64,000 nucleotides of DNA from Heptranchias perlo (lineage: Eukaryota), in NCBI RefSeq assembly GCF_035084215.1, contig NC_090367.1, positions 8,124,001 to 8,188,000 of the forward strand, written 5' to 3'. Below are positions 48,095-60,138 of this stretch, in pieces; position 1 is the first letter of the stretch, and each line of letters opens with the position of its first letter. The notes below the pieces were generated by a model. It saw only the letters and a program-made list of their open reading frames with translations. It did no database searches and was not told the DNA's origin. Position numbers and translations under genes: made by a program.

Positions 48095-48797
48095 GGTGTG
48101 TGAGAGAGAGAGAGAGGGAGGGAGGGAGGGCGGAGGGGTGTGAAAGAGAGACAGAGAGGAGAGGGGCAGGGGGTGTGAGACAGAGAGGGAGGGCAGGGGG
48201 GTGTGAGACAGAGAGGGAGGGCAGGGGGTGTGAGACAGAGAGGGAGGGCAGGGGGTGTGAGACAGAGAGGGAGGGCAGGGGGTGTGAGACAGAGAGGGAG
48301 GGCAGGGGGTGTGAGACAGAGAGGGAGGGCAGGGGGGTGTGAGACAGAGAGGGAGGGCAGGGGGTGTGAGACAGAGAGGGAGGGCAGGGGGTGTGAGACA
48401 GAGAGGGAGGGCAGGGGGTGTGAGACAGAGAGGGAGGGCAGGGGGTGTGAGACAGAGAGGGAGGGGCAGGGGGTGTGAGACAGAGAGGGAGGGCAGGGGG
48501 GTGTGAGACAGAGAGGGAGGGCAGGGGGTGTGAGACAGAGGGAGGGAGGGCAGGGGGTGTGAGACAGAGGGAGGGGGAGGGTAGGGAGTGAGAGACAGAG
48601 GGAGGGGGGAGGGTAGGGGGGTGAGAGACAGAGGGAGGGGGGAGGGTAGGGGGTGAGAGAGAGGGAGGGGGAGGGTAGGGGGTCGAGAGAGAGGGAGGGG
48701 GAGGGTAGGGGGTGAGAGACAGAGGGAGGGGGAGGGTAGGGGGTGAGAGACAGAGGGAGGGGGGAGGGTAGGGGTGTGAGAGACAGAGGGAGGGGGA
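48095..48797 (+). repeat. ~27-bp purine-rich minisatellite running into the gap
   Basis: (GGGAGGGCAGGGGGTGTGAGACAGAGA)n. Confidence 0.9.
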
Positions 48798-48997
48798 NNN
48801 NNNNNNNNNNNNNNNNNNNNNNNNNNNNNNNNNNNNNNNNNNNNNNNNNNNNNNNNNNNNNNNNNNNNNNNNNNNNNNNNNNNNNNNNNNNNNNNNNNNN
48901 NNNNNNNNNNNNNNNNNNNNNNNNNNNNNNNNNNNNNNNNNNNNNNNNNNNNNNNNNNNNNNNNNNNNNNNNNNNNNNNNNNNNNNNNNNNNNNNNN
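48798..48997. other. Assembly gap (200 N)
   Basis: Run of exactly 200 N, flanked by a G-rich minisatellite and a CR1 fragment. Confidence 0.99.
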
Positions 48998-49665
48998 TTG
49001 AGTCGCTACTTTTAGTGATTTGTGTATCTGTACCCCCAGATCCCTCTGCTCCTCTATCCCGTTTAGACTCTTATTATCCAAGCAGTGTGTGGCCTCCTTA
49101 TTCTTCCTACCAAAATGCACCACCTCACACTTATCTGAAGATTAATACCCCAGCGAGGGGAGGGCAGGATAAACGGGCACAGCCTGGTGGGGCCTAGAGA
49201 AAGATCGATGCTTTGAACCCACAGCTCTCCTAGGACGCCTAGCACCTTACGACGAACGATGACAGACAGGAGAAGACCCTCGATCTCATCTAGCCCGTCC
49301 CACACAATGAGATGCCTTGTGCATCACAATAAATACAACCCCCCACACCCCACCCAAAACCATGTTAACGATAATCAAGGCATGAAGGTGACAGAATGAT
49401 AAAATAGTGGAGGTATTTAATGGTGCACAGATGCATCAACTTGGCTTGTATTCCCCGAGTTCAGAGCATGCACGAGTGACGGAGGGGAAAAGACCCTTTG
49501 GTCCATCTAGCCTGTCCTATGTAGCCGTTATACCCTCTGCATCACGATACAGGCACTCCCTACCCACCTGCCTAGTAATCACCTGGAAGAGGCAGAAAAC
49601 CAGATTAAAAACCCAGGCCAATTAGGGAACAAAATCTGGAACAGTCCTCTCGCAATCCCATAGAT

Positions 49666-50040
49666 CAGGAGGTTGAAGGGTAATTTAACCGAGGCGTTTA
49701 AAAGGGTTCGATAGGGTAGACAGAGAGAAACTATTACCTCTGGTGGGGGGAGTCCAGAACAAGGGGGCATGAACCTTAAAATTAGAGCTAGGCCGTTCAG
49801 GGGTGAAACAAGGAAGTACTTTTTTTCGCATAAAGGGGAGTGGAAATCTGGAACTCGCTCCTAAGAAAAGCTGTGGGTCAATTGAAGCTTTCAAGGCTGA
49901 GAGCGATAGATTTTTGTTGGGTAAGGGTAGCGAGGGATCTGGAGCAAAGGGAGCTGAGGTGCCCGATCAGCCATGGCCTGACTAAATGGCGGTACAGGCC
50001 CGGGGGGTGGGGGGGGCTGAATGGCCTCCTCCTGTTCCTA
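49666..50040 (+). mobile_element. CR1 LINE 3' fragment
   Basis: Similarity to the 17213 family. Confidence 0.72.
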
Positions 50041-50504
50041 AGTAGCATTCCTCAGTGTGGCCCGTGGAGCGAGATGGTGTTTAGGGCTGGGTTGCCCCCC
50101 TCGAGCAATAAAGTTAGTGAACACACAGGGCCGTGGGAGTTTAACTTTCATTAACGAGGGAGCAACTGTCTGAAGAAAATGGCCGTTCTTTTGCTGCCTA
50201 TTTACTGATGGTGGGGGGGGGGGAAAGAGACAAGGTTTGACCAGATAGCAGAATCACCCCGGGGTTAAATCTAGAACAGAGATCAGACGCAGGAACTCTG
50301 GCCGATTTCTAACCCCCGTGCCCACCCTCAACACCCCAGCCCAAAGGGCACTGGGGGCAACTGAGCGCCTCTGGCTGAGGTCAGCACAGGCTGGGACCCT
50401 CCTCGTTTCATCTTATCGATATAGCTTCCCTCTGCTCCCGCCCGCGGGTTGCGCCGACCGCGCTGGTTTTAAGATTCCCGCCCCGCGCCAGCTCCCGGCG
50501 GTAC

Positions 50505-50658
50505 CTTTCTGGTATAGCGCGACTTTGCTGGACTCGAGGCACAGGTAGTTGAGCTCGGGCCTGGCCCTTGTACTGCGACACGCTGAAGATGGTGCCGCTC
50601 TCCACGTCGAGGACCACCTCTCCGTGAGCCCCGCTGACTTGCTTCCCCGCTTCCCCCC
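50505..50658 (-). CDS. ATG2A: ATG2A exon (GEAGKQVSGAHGEVVLDVESGTIFSVSQYKGQPELNYLCLESSKVALYQK), with indels
   Basis: AG/GT flanks; homology is split over two frames (G-run at the start, extra base near 50561). Confidence 0.85.
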
Positions 50659-50879
50659 CTGCCAAAAAGAAAAAGGGGGATAAAACAGCCTGGCGTCAGG
50701 TTTCGACAGTGGGACGCACTTCGGGAGCCCGGTGCACGAACAGCCGACGCGAATCATCGGGGGGGACGTGAGGAGGCCACTCAGCTGAACGGCGGGTTTG
50801 GGAGGTGGTGGGAGGGGTCGTCGTCCTTTATAGCAACGTAGCATTTCAATCAAACCATCTCCAAACGCTTCAGACAATG

Positions 50880-51270
50880 AATTTACTTTCCAAGTGAGGC
50901 TTCGTTCTTATCGAGGCAAAACGCAGCTGCCTTTTGGCACGAGCAAGATCCCACAAACTTCAAATTAAATGAACGACCGGACAGTCTGTTTTTTTTGATA
51001 AGTGATGTTGGTTGAGGGATAAATATTGGCCCCAGGGACACCGGGGAGAACTCCCCCCCTGCTCTTCTCCAATAGCGGCTGTGGGATCTTTTACGTCCAC
51101 CTGAGAGGGGCAGACGGGGCCTCGGTTTAACGTCTCATCCGAAAGACGGCACCTCCTGACAGTGCGGCACTCCCTCAGTACTGGCACTGGGAGTGTCGGC
51201 CTGGGTTTATGGCTGGAACCCACGGCCCTCAGAGACGAGAGCGATACCTACCAACTGAGCCAAGCTGACA
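50880..51270 (-). mobile_element. DeuSINE copy
   Basis: Head and core similarity. Confidence 0.8.
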
Positions 51271-51527
51271 CGCCTCCACTGCTGGCCTGGAAGGTCACGC
51301 TGAGGTCAACCTGGCACGGCCACAACAACATGGCGGACCAGCAACCTTTGACCCTGCTGGTGATGACCGTTTTCCTCAGGGGCGGGGTGGGGTGCCAAGG
51401 AGCGCCCCCGATGGGATGCTCCCTGACTCCACAGGCAAGTACTCACCTCATTTTATAACGGCACTGCCAAGACAATAAGTGGCGTAGCTCACCGAGGTTG
51501 GTTATTCCCTCCTGTACCCCAGCTCAC

Positions 51528-51683
51528 CTTCGAGTCAGTAAGAGCTGTGACCCTTCCTTTTCCAATGTTCACTACAGCCGAACAGGAAACTCTGCGCTCA
51601 TCCCCCTCCTGGCCTCGATTTTCATTCTCCTCCCGTTCTCTTCAACGAGTAGAAGTGAGCATCTTCGTCTTCAGAGTCAGAGT
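51528..51683 (-). CDS. ATG2A: ATG2A exon (DSDSEDEDAHFYS...VVNIGKGRVTALTDSK), with indels
   Basis: AG/GTGAG flanks; both ends match ATG2A; 156 nt is incompatible with phase 1/0, implying indels. Confidence 0.82.
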
Positions 51684-51829
51684 CTAGTGGCAAAGGAGGA
51701 GCTCGGAAATTCTCATTGCAGCAGGACACGTTCCCCGGGCCCTCACTCAGAGCCACCCAATTCAACAATATAATCCTTCGACAGTTCCCAAATATCCCAA
51801 TACTTAGAATTTTACAGAAGGCAGCCACT

Positions 51830-52235
51830 TGGCCTATCGCCCCTCTGCCCTCTCTCTGAAAGAGCTCTCCCCTCAGTCCCATTCCCTTTCCCATTCGGCC
51901 CATCGCCCCTCTGCCCTCTCCCTGAAAGAGCTCTCCCGTCAGTCCCATTCCCCATTCGGCCCATCGCCCCTCTACTTGAAAGAGCTCTCCTCTCAGTCCC
52001 ATTCCCCATTCGGACCATCGCCCCTCTCCCTGAAAGAGCTCTCCCCTCAGTCCCATTCCCTTTCCTCATTCGGCCCATCGCCCCTCTACCTGAAAGAGCT
52101 CTCCCCTCAGTCCCATTCCCCATTCGGCCCATCGCCCCTCTACCTGAAAGAGCTCTCCCCCTCAGTCCCATTCCCTTTCCCCATTCGGCCATCGCCCTCT
52201 CTCAATGAGCTCTCTCCTTAGTCCCATTCGCCTGC
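51830..52235 (-). repeat. ~55-70-bp tandem repeat derived from a CR1 3' terminus
   Basis: CCCATTCGGCCCATCGCCCCTCT...GAAAGAGCTCTCCCCTCAGTCCCATTC repeated about 7 times, continuous with a CR1 fragment at 52235-52340. Confidence 0.8.
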
Positions 52236-52389
52236 CCTTCAAATCATCTTTTTCAAATATTTCTCCCCATCCCTTTTGAAAGCTGTTGTGGATTCTGCTT
52301 CTCTCACTGTTTCTGGTCGGACAGTCCACGTCCTAACAACTAGGCCCAATATTCTAACTACAATCAATAGAGGAATCACAGAGTAACAG

Positions 52390-52890
52390 TCCAGAACAAG
52401 GCAGCACAATCTTAAAATTAGAGCTGGGCCATTCAGGAATGAATCAGGAAACATTTTTCACACAAAGGGGAGTGGAAATCTGGAACTCTCCTGCCTCAAG
52501 AGGCTGTGGATGCTGGGAGCCATTTGAAAGTTTCAAGACAGAAATAGATAGATTTTTGTTGGGTAATTGGGATCAAAGGGATATGGAGCAAGAGCAAGTA
52601 AATGGAGTTGAGGTGCAGATCAGCCATGATCTGATTGAATGGCAGAACAGGCTCGAGGGGCTGAATGGCCTCCTCCTGTTCCTATGAAACAGGCTCAAGG
52701 GCTGAATGGCCTCCTCCTGTTCCTATGAAACAGGCTCGAGGGGCTGAATGGCCTCCTCCTGTTCCTTTGTAACATGCTCGAGGGGCTGAATGGCCTCCTC
52801 CTGTTCCTTTGTAACAGGCTCAAGGGCTGAATGGCCTTCCTCCTGTCCTATGAAACAGGCTCGAGGGGCTGAATGGCCTCCTCCTGTCCC
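52390..52890 (+). mobile_element. CR1 3' fragment ending in about 6 tandem copies of the terminal ~39 bp
   Basis: FFTQRGVEIWNS; repeated CAGGCTCGAGGGGCTGAATGGCCTCCTCCTGTTCCT. Confidence 0.8.
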
Positions 52891-53519
52891 AGGTTCAATT
52901 CTTGGTCTGATACCTGATCTAAAGCAGTAATGTTGAGATCACGATCTGGATACCCCCCTTGCACAGGGCTCAGCCAGGGGTCCCATGTCCAATCGCTGGA
53001 GACCGCCACTGGACATCGCGCTGAGGCCGGTTCAGGTTCAGCAGTGATGCCTCACAGAGGCAAACAGGCCCCGCTGACACTCACCGTCCGGGCTCATGCG
53101 AGAGGACCGGCCAGGTGGGTGAGGTACCGGCAGGTTGCATTCAAACCCACGTCCCAGGCAGAATCAGCAAGTTCAGAAGGGGAGAATAATAGGCCGGAAA
53201 AAAACAGCAAACAGGCTGCACTGTGCGGCCCTGGTGATTGGCGGAACTGGCTCAAGGGGCTGAATGGCCTACTGCTGCTCCTCTGAGCGATGTGGCATAG
53301 AAGCCGGGAGTTCACTTGGTACACGGGCAGCTGCTTGAGCCCATCGTTAATGAGCGCACAGGGATAATGCAAACCCAGTCACCACACGGACTGCAGCGGT
53401 TCAAGAAGGCGGCTCACCACCACCTTCTCAAGGGCAATTAGGGATGGGCAATAAAAGCCGGCCTCGCCAGCATCCCATGAATGAATAAAAAAAGAGCAGA
53501 TCTCACAATCATTATGGGA

Positions 53520-53898
53520 CAAAGAAAGAACTTTCATTTATATAGCGCCTTTCACAACCTCAGGACGTCCAAAGCGCTTTACAGCCAATGAAGTACTTTT
53601 GAAGTGTGGTCACTGTAGGAGACGTAGCAGTCGATTTGTGCACAGCAAGATCCACAAACAGCAGTGTGACAATGACCAGATCATCTGTTCTTAGGTGTTG
53701 GTTGAGGGAATAAATATTGACCCCAGGACACCCGGGGAGAACTCCCCCCTGCTCTTCTTCCAATAGTGGCCGTGGGATCTTTTACATCCACCTGAGAGGG
53801 GCAGACGTGAGGCCTCGGTTTAACGTCTCGTCCGAAAGACGGCCCCTCCGACGGCGCGGCGCTCCCTCCGCACTGGCACTGGGAGCGTGGGCCTGGAT
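53520..53898 (-). mobile_element. DeuSINE copy fused to a CR1 fragment
   Basis: Core and tail similarity; joins CR1 sequence at ~53898. Confidence 0.8.
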
Positions 53899-54446
53899 GA
53901 GGAAAACCACTTGGCCCATCTTATTCATCCACACAAGCGGCATCCTATCGCCCCCCCCACCCCCCATCGCAGCATCCAATTGGTTCTTAAATGATCCCGG
54001 GGATTTCTGCCCCGCCACTCTATCTGGGAGTCCATTCCACTTTTCGATCGATTTGCACGTGGAGAACTTCCCGATTATCAGTCCTAAAGTTACGAGTTTG
54101 AACCTGTAATCCCCTTGTCCTCCTCTCCCCAATCTAAATTATTCCAGGTTTACTTTCTCATTGCGTTAACTATCTTATAAAGCTCTGTTATATCACCTCT
54201 CAGTTGCTTCCTTCCCGTCTGAAAAGTTAAAGTCACTCCAGCTTTTCCTCGCAACCCAGACCCGACACTGCCTTGTGACTCTGCCCTGCACTATCTCCAG
54301 CGACCCACTCTCTCCTTTGTACGTACAATCGTTGGGTCAGTTTGAGACTGGCACCTCCCCTTCCCCCTCACCACTCCAACCCCCGCCAACCCGAACACGG
54401 AAAATCGGAACTGTGCCTTTAAAAGAAAGCGCCCTGGTTCCCTCAC

Positions 54447-54604
54447 CCAGTCTGAACGCTGACTTGCAGAGTCGGGAAGTTGTCCTTGTGCATTGGCCGC
54501 TCCGGGCGTGTAGCTCAGCAACAGAGGGTTGAGTGTCGCGGTGCCCGTGCTCTGCGCCGCACTGCCTCGAAGCTGGCGTCCACATCAGTAGGTCGTTATT
54601 AATT
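54447..54604 (-). CDS. ATG2A: ATG2A exon (INNDLLMW...CKSAFRL), probable internal compensating indels
   Basis: 158 nt, phase 2/1; conserved ends INNDLLMW and CKSAF. Confidence 0.87.
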
Positions 54605-54772
54605 CTGAAATTTTATTTTTTTTAAAAAAAAGCACATCACAAAACCATCGTTCCCCCTCCGTCCGCTGCCACTTTTTCTCAAGCCACCCAGACAGACCCT
54701 ACTGTCGGCAGCGCACACTCCCTCTGCTCACTACCAGTGGCACTCGCCGACTGAAAGTTGGGGGCGCCATTA

Positions 54773-55203
54773 AAGACTTACATTTATATAGCGCCTTTCA
54801 CGACCTCAAGACATCCCAAAGCACTTTGCAGCCAATGAGCTACTTTTCGATGTGTGGGCACTGTTGTAATGTAGGAAACGCAGCAGCCAACTTGTGCACA
54901 GCAAGATCCACAAACAGCAATGTGATAATGACCAGATAATCTGATGTTGGTTGAGGGATAAATATTTGTCCAGGACACCAGGGAGAACTCCCCCTGCTCT
55001 TCTTCCAATAGTGGCCGTGGGATCTTTTACATCCACCCGAGAGGGGCAGGCGGGGCCTCGGTTTAATGTCTCATCCGGAAGACGGCACCTCCGACAGTGC
55101 GGCACTTCCTCAGTACTGGCACTGGCAGTGTCGACCTGGGTTATGGGGCTCGAGTGTGGCTGAAACCCACGACCCTGAGAATCCGAGGCGACCATGGCTG
55201 ACA
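54773..55203 (-). mobile_element. DeuSINE copy
   Basis: Full head-core-tail similarity. Confidence 0.82.
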
Positions 55204-55424
55204 AGCTGCCTCCTCTGTGACACACCCAGCAAGGGCCACCTCACCCAACTCGTGAATTAAGCTGCGTTTAATGAGTTCAACCCGCCAAACCTTTCGCTGA
55301 CGTTGGGTTAATCCGATTGCAGCAGCTGGAGCACTCAGGTGCATCATTTACACGCGGGAAAACGATGGCTCTTGGTGCTTAAGCCAAATGAGAGGGTGTG
55401 CGGCTCGGAGCCTTCCTGACCCAC

Positions 55425-55568
55425 CTGTTGTAGATGCTCTCGTAGAATTCCTTGCTGGGCAGCAGCAAGTGCAGGGCGGGCAGGGTCAGCTCCAGGACGT
55501 ACTGGGACATGCCCAACGTCCTGAGACTGGAACGCTGCCATCTCTTCGCGGTCTCCCGGGATCACCAT
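55425..55568 (-). CDS. ATG2A: ATG2A exon (MVIPGDREEMAAFQS/RTLGMSQYVLELTLPALHLLLPSKEFYESIYNR), +1 indel
   Basis: 144 nt where phase 0/2 needs 143; frame switch near 55523. Confidence 0.87.
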
Positions 55569-55699
55569 CTGTCAATCAAATGAACAGCTGTTAAAGGTTC
55601 CTACTCACTGACCAGGGGAAAGGTTGGGGGGGAGAAAAGAGAACAGGGAGGGAAAATTAAAGTGAGGTGGGTAATGATCGCTGTGGGGGGCCATGGGAC

Positions 55700-56601
55700 T
55701 CACGGTTAACGATCGCTGGGTAGTTTATGGGATGTCGGGACTCACGGTAACGATCACTGGGTAGTTTATGGGATGTCGGAACTCACGGTAACGATCACTG
55801 GGTAGTTTATGGGATGTCAGAACTCACGGTAACGATCGCTGGGTAGTTTATGGGATGTCGGAACTCACGGTAACGATCGCTGGTAGTTTATGGGATGTCA
55901 GAACTCACTGTAACGATCGCTGGGTAGTTTATGGGATGTCGGAACTCATGGTAACGATCGCTGGGTAGTTGATGGGATGTCGGAACTCACGGTAACGATC
56001 GCTGGGTAGTTTATGGGATGTCAGAACTCACGGTAACGATCGCTGGGTAGTTTATGGGATGTCGGAACTCACGGTAACGATCGCTAGGTAGTTGATGGGA
56101 TGTCGGAACTCACGGTAACGATCGCTGGGTAGTTTATGGGATGTCGGAACTCACGGTAACGATCGCTGGGTAGTTTATGGGATGTCAGAACTCACGGTAA
56201 TGATCGCTGGGTAGTTTATGGGATGTCAGAACTCACGGTAATGATCGCTGGGGTAGTTTATGGGATGTCGGAACCCACGGTAATGATCACTGGGCAGTTT
56301 ATGGGATGTCGGAACCCACGGTAACGATCGCTGGGTAGTTTATGGGATGTCAGAACTCACGGTAATGATCACTGGGTAGTTTATGGGATGTCGGAACTCA
56401 CGGTAATGATCACTGGGCAGTTTATGGGATGTACGGAACTCACGGTACGATCGCTGGGTAGTTTATGGATGTCAGAACTCACGGTAATGATCACTGGGTA
56501 GTTTATGGGATGTCGGAACTCACGGTAATGATCACTGGGCAGTTTATGGGATGTCGGAACCCACGGTAACCGATCGCTAGGTAGTTGATGGGATGTCGGA
56601 A
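55700..56601 (+). repeat. 41-bp minisatellite (~21 copies)
   Basis: Unit GGGATGTCGGAACTCACGGTAACGATCGCTGGGTAGTTTAT. Confidence 0.95.
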
Positions 56602-57127
56602 TTGTCTGATAGCCATTAAATTATATTGTGTCACTCTCTCATTTAAAAAAAACTCCTTAAAACAGAAAAAGATATTGCTCAGAGTGGGAAAGCAGAGTTA
56701 CGGTAGTGAATGAAATAGACCAGACGGCCCCAGGTACTATCCCCAGTCTTTATTTCCCGCCTGCCCCCTGTGAAGCGCCTTACAAATGCAAGCTGTTGCT
56801 GTTGCTGTTGTTGACTTGCTTGATCTCTGCAGGGTTAGAAACTCTGGGAGAGCAATGGGAATATCTGCCAGGCTTCCTGCCCTGACCACCCACCAGCACC
56901 TTCCTGCTCGAAAGTGCTTGCGCCTGGGATACCAGGCGAGGACAGCAATCGGCTGCGATGCCCCTCCCTGTCCGAATAGGCTGCGACAACTCACTGTCTA
57001 GGCTCAAGCACTGAGCACCCCTCGTCCGCTGTCCCAGCTCAATTTCAAACCAGTCCCACTCGCAGCTTCTGGGAGTTACAGCACTGGAGGAGGTAAGGGA
57101 AATCTGGGCCTGTGTTTGATTGGTACA

Positions 57128-57577
57128 CAGGAGCAGGAGGAGGCCATTCAGCCCCTCGAGCCTGTTCCGCCATTCAGTTAGATCATGGCTGATCTGTATC
57201 TTAACTCCATCTACCCGCCTTGGTTCCGTAACCCTTAATACCCTCACCCAACAAAAATCGTATCAATCTCAGAATTGAAATTTTCAATTGACCCCCGGCC
57301 TCAACAGCTTTTTGGGGGAGAGAGTTCCAGATTCCCACTCCCCCTTTGTGTGAAGAAACGCTTCCTGACATCACCCCATGAACAACCTGGCTCTAATTTT
57401 AAGGTTCTGCCCCCTTGTTCTGGACTCCCCTCCACCAGAGGAAATAGTTTCTCTCTATCGACCCTATCAAATCCTTTACTCATCTTAAACACCTCGATTA
57501 GATCACCCCTTAATCTTCTACACTCGAGGGAATGCAAGCCTCGTCTCTGCAACCTGTCCTCGTAATTTAACCCTTTT
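57128..57577 (-). mobile_element. CR1 LINE 3' fragment
   Basis: Near-identical to the 17213 family. Confidence 0.82.
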
Positions 57578-57925
57578 ATTCCCTGTTTTCAGTCACATTT
57601 CTCAGACTAACACACCTGCTGCTAGCTTGCATCAATCTGTCCCGATTTGGAAGCGGGAGCCGCGCGAACAAATTAAGCACGTGCCTGAGCAAACGATCTC
57701 CCTGCGCATTTGTGGACAGCGCAACAGTGCGCCAACTCACGGAAATAAAAGTACGGGGAAGCGGAAGCAGCAGCTTATTTGAACCCGTTGAAGAGAGCGC
57801 AAAACAACGGCCCCGTTTGCGGGTGGCGAGCGGGGACGAAGACAGGCCGCGGGTACGGCGGAACCCGACCCAGCCCGAGACGGGAGCGACCCAGGCGAGC
57901 CCAAATAAAAACGACAGCTCCTCAC

Positions 57926-58089
57926 CTCCTCCGTCTCGTACATGGTGCGCTTGGATGAGAACGGAGACGGCTCCGGCTGCTTAAGCTCGCAGGGGCTTTC
58001 GACGGCGGAGAGGTCCATGTCTTCGGTCTTCTCCATGACCAGGTCCCACTCGGAGGCGCTGTTAGTCGGGGTTCACCGTCAGCACGATC
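57926..58089 (-). CDS. ATG2A: ATG2A exon (IVLTVNP/TNSASEWDL...ESPCELKQPEPSPFSSKRTMYETEE), +1 indel
   Basis: 164 nt where phase 2/0 needs 163; extra base in the G4 run near 58068-58071; conserved PSPFSSKRTMYE. Confidence 0.88.
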
Positions 58090-58646
58090 CTGCCCGTCGG
58101 GAGAGAACACGTCATCCATTTGCTTTCTACTCAACAGACTCTTCATCCCACCCACCGCCTCCAAAAACTTCCCAGGCACAGACTGGGGTTCCGTAGGCAT
58201 CCTCCGCAGGCCTTACCCAAGTGGGCACCCTTTGGGTGTTATTCTGAAACGTCGGGTGACGCTCGGCTATTCGACTGTGGAAGGCATCAGAGACACCCCC
58301 CCCCCCCCCCCCCCCCCCCCACCCCGGTCTGTCTTTACCCCGACGCTTCCAAGCAGAAAGTAATACTCCGGTACAGGTAACAATCTTTAATGATCAGTAG
58401 TGCAAAACCTGGCTGATTTTACCCCACTCCCTCGCTCGGGGTCCGAGAGCTACTGACTTCTCCCAACCCGCCCCGTGGCTGGGATAACACTGCACGGACT
58501 GAGACTCAGTCCCGCGACCCTCTGGTCTGCAAGGCTCAGGGTGACACTGTCTTACACAACTGAACCACTGAGAGACCCTTAGAACATACAAGTGCGATTG
58601 TTACCATCTTATTGCAAACTTCTGAAACAAATTGGGAATTTGCCAT

Positions 58647-60003
58647 TCCCAGGGCAGGTACAGCACGGGTTAGATACAGAGTAAAGCTCCCTCTACACTG
58701 TCCCATCAAACACTCCAGGGCAGGTACAGCACGGGTTAGATACAGAGTAAAGCTCCCTCTACACTGTCCCATCAAACACTCCCAGGGCAGGTACAGCACG
58801 GGTTAGATACAGAGTAAAGCTCCCTCTACACTGTCCCATCAAACACTCCCGGGGCAGGGCACAGCACGGGTTAGATACAGATTAAAGCTCCCTCTACACT
58901 GTCCCATCAAACACTCCCAGGGCAGGTACAGCACGGGTTAGATACAGAGTAAAGCTCCCTCTACACTGTCCCATCAAACACTCCCCAGGGCAGGTGCAGC
59001 ACGGGTTAGATACAGAGTAAAGCTCCCTCTACACTGTCCCATCAAACACTCCCAGGGCAGGTACAGCACAGGTTAGATACAGCGGTAAAGCTCCCTCTAC
59101 ACTGTCCCATCAAACACTCCCAGGGCAGGTACAGCACAGGTTAGATACAGAGTAAAGCTCCCTCTACACCGTCCCATCAAACACTCCCAGGGCAGGTACA
59201 GCACGGGTTAGATACAGAGTAAAGCTCCCTCTACACTGTCCCGTCAAACACTCCCAGGGCAGGTACAGCACAGGTTAGATACAGAGTAAAGCTCCCTCTA
59301 CACTGTCCCATCAAACACTCCCAGGGCAGGTACAGCACAGGTTAGATACAGAGTAAAGCTCCCGATACACTGTCCCATCAACACTCCCGGGGCAGGTACA
59401 GCACGGGTTAGATACAGATTAAAGCTCCTCTACACTGTCCCATCAAACACTCCCAGGGCAGGTACAGCACGGGTTAGATACATGAGTAAAGCTCCCTCTA
59501 CACTGTCCCCATCAAACACTCCCAGGGCAGGTGCAGCACGGGTTAGATACAGAGTAAAGCTCCCTCTACACTGTCCCATCAAACACTCCCAGGGCAGGTA
59601 CAGCACAGGTAGATACAGCGTAAAGCTCCCTCTACACTGTCCCATCAAACACTCCCAGGGCAGGTACAGCACAGGTTAGATACAGAGTAAAGCTCCCTCT
59701 ACAACCGTCCCATCAAAACACTCCCAGGGCAGGTACAGCACGGGGTTAGATGCAGAGTAAAGCTCCCTCTACACTGTCCCATCAAACACTCCCAGGGCAG
59801 GTACAGCACGGGTTAGATACAGAGTAAAGCTCCCTCTACACTGTCCCATCAAACACTCCCAGGGCAGGTACAGCACGGTTAGATACAGAGTAAAGCTCCC
59901 GATACACTGTCCCATCAAACCACCTCCCGGGCAGGTACAGCACGGGTTAGATACAGAGTAAAGCTCCCTCTACACTGTCCCATCAAACACTCCCAGGGCA
60001 GGT
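58647..60003 (+). repeat. 67-bp minisatellite array (~20 copies, many single-base indels)
   Basis: Same unit. Confidence 0.93.
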
Positions 60004-60041
60004 GCAGCTGAAGGTTGTCCAGGCAGTGGGTCAGTACTTAC

Positions 60042-60138
60042 TTCGGGGAACCGAGTACGTTTTCCCACCAACTTTGTCAGGTGTTTTTCGTGACTCGAAT
60101 ACAGGAGACACCAGGTTGCACTCCATCTTCATACACAC
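60042..60138 (-). CDS. ATG2A: ATG2A exon (GVYEDGVQPGVSCIRVTK...), with indels and an apparent in-frame TGA
   Basis: AG/GTAAGT flanks, phase 1/2; the start matches the ATG2A G.YEDG...C.RV motif; TGA at 60079-60077 disappears if one A is removed from the preceding A5 run. Confidence 0.8.
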
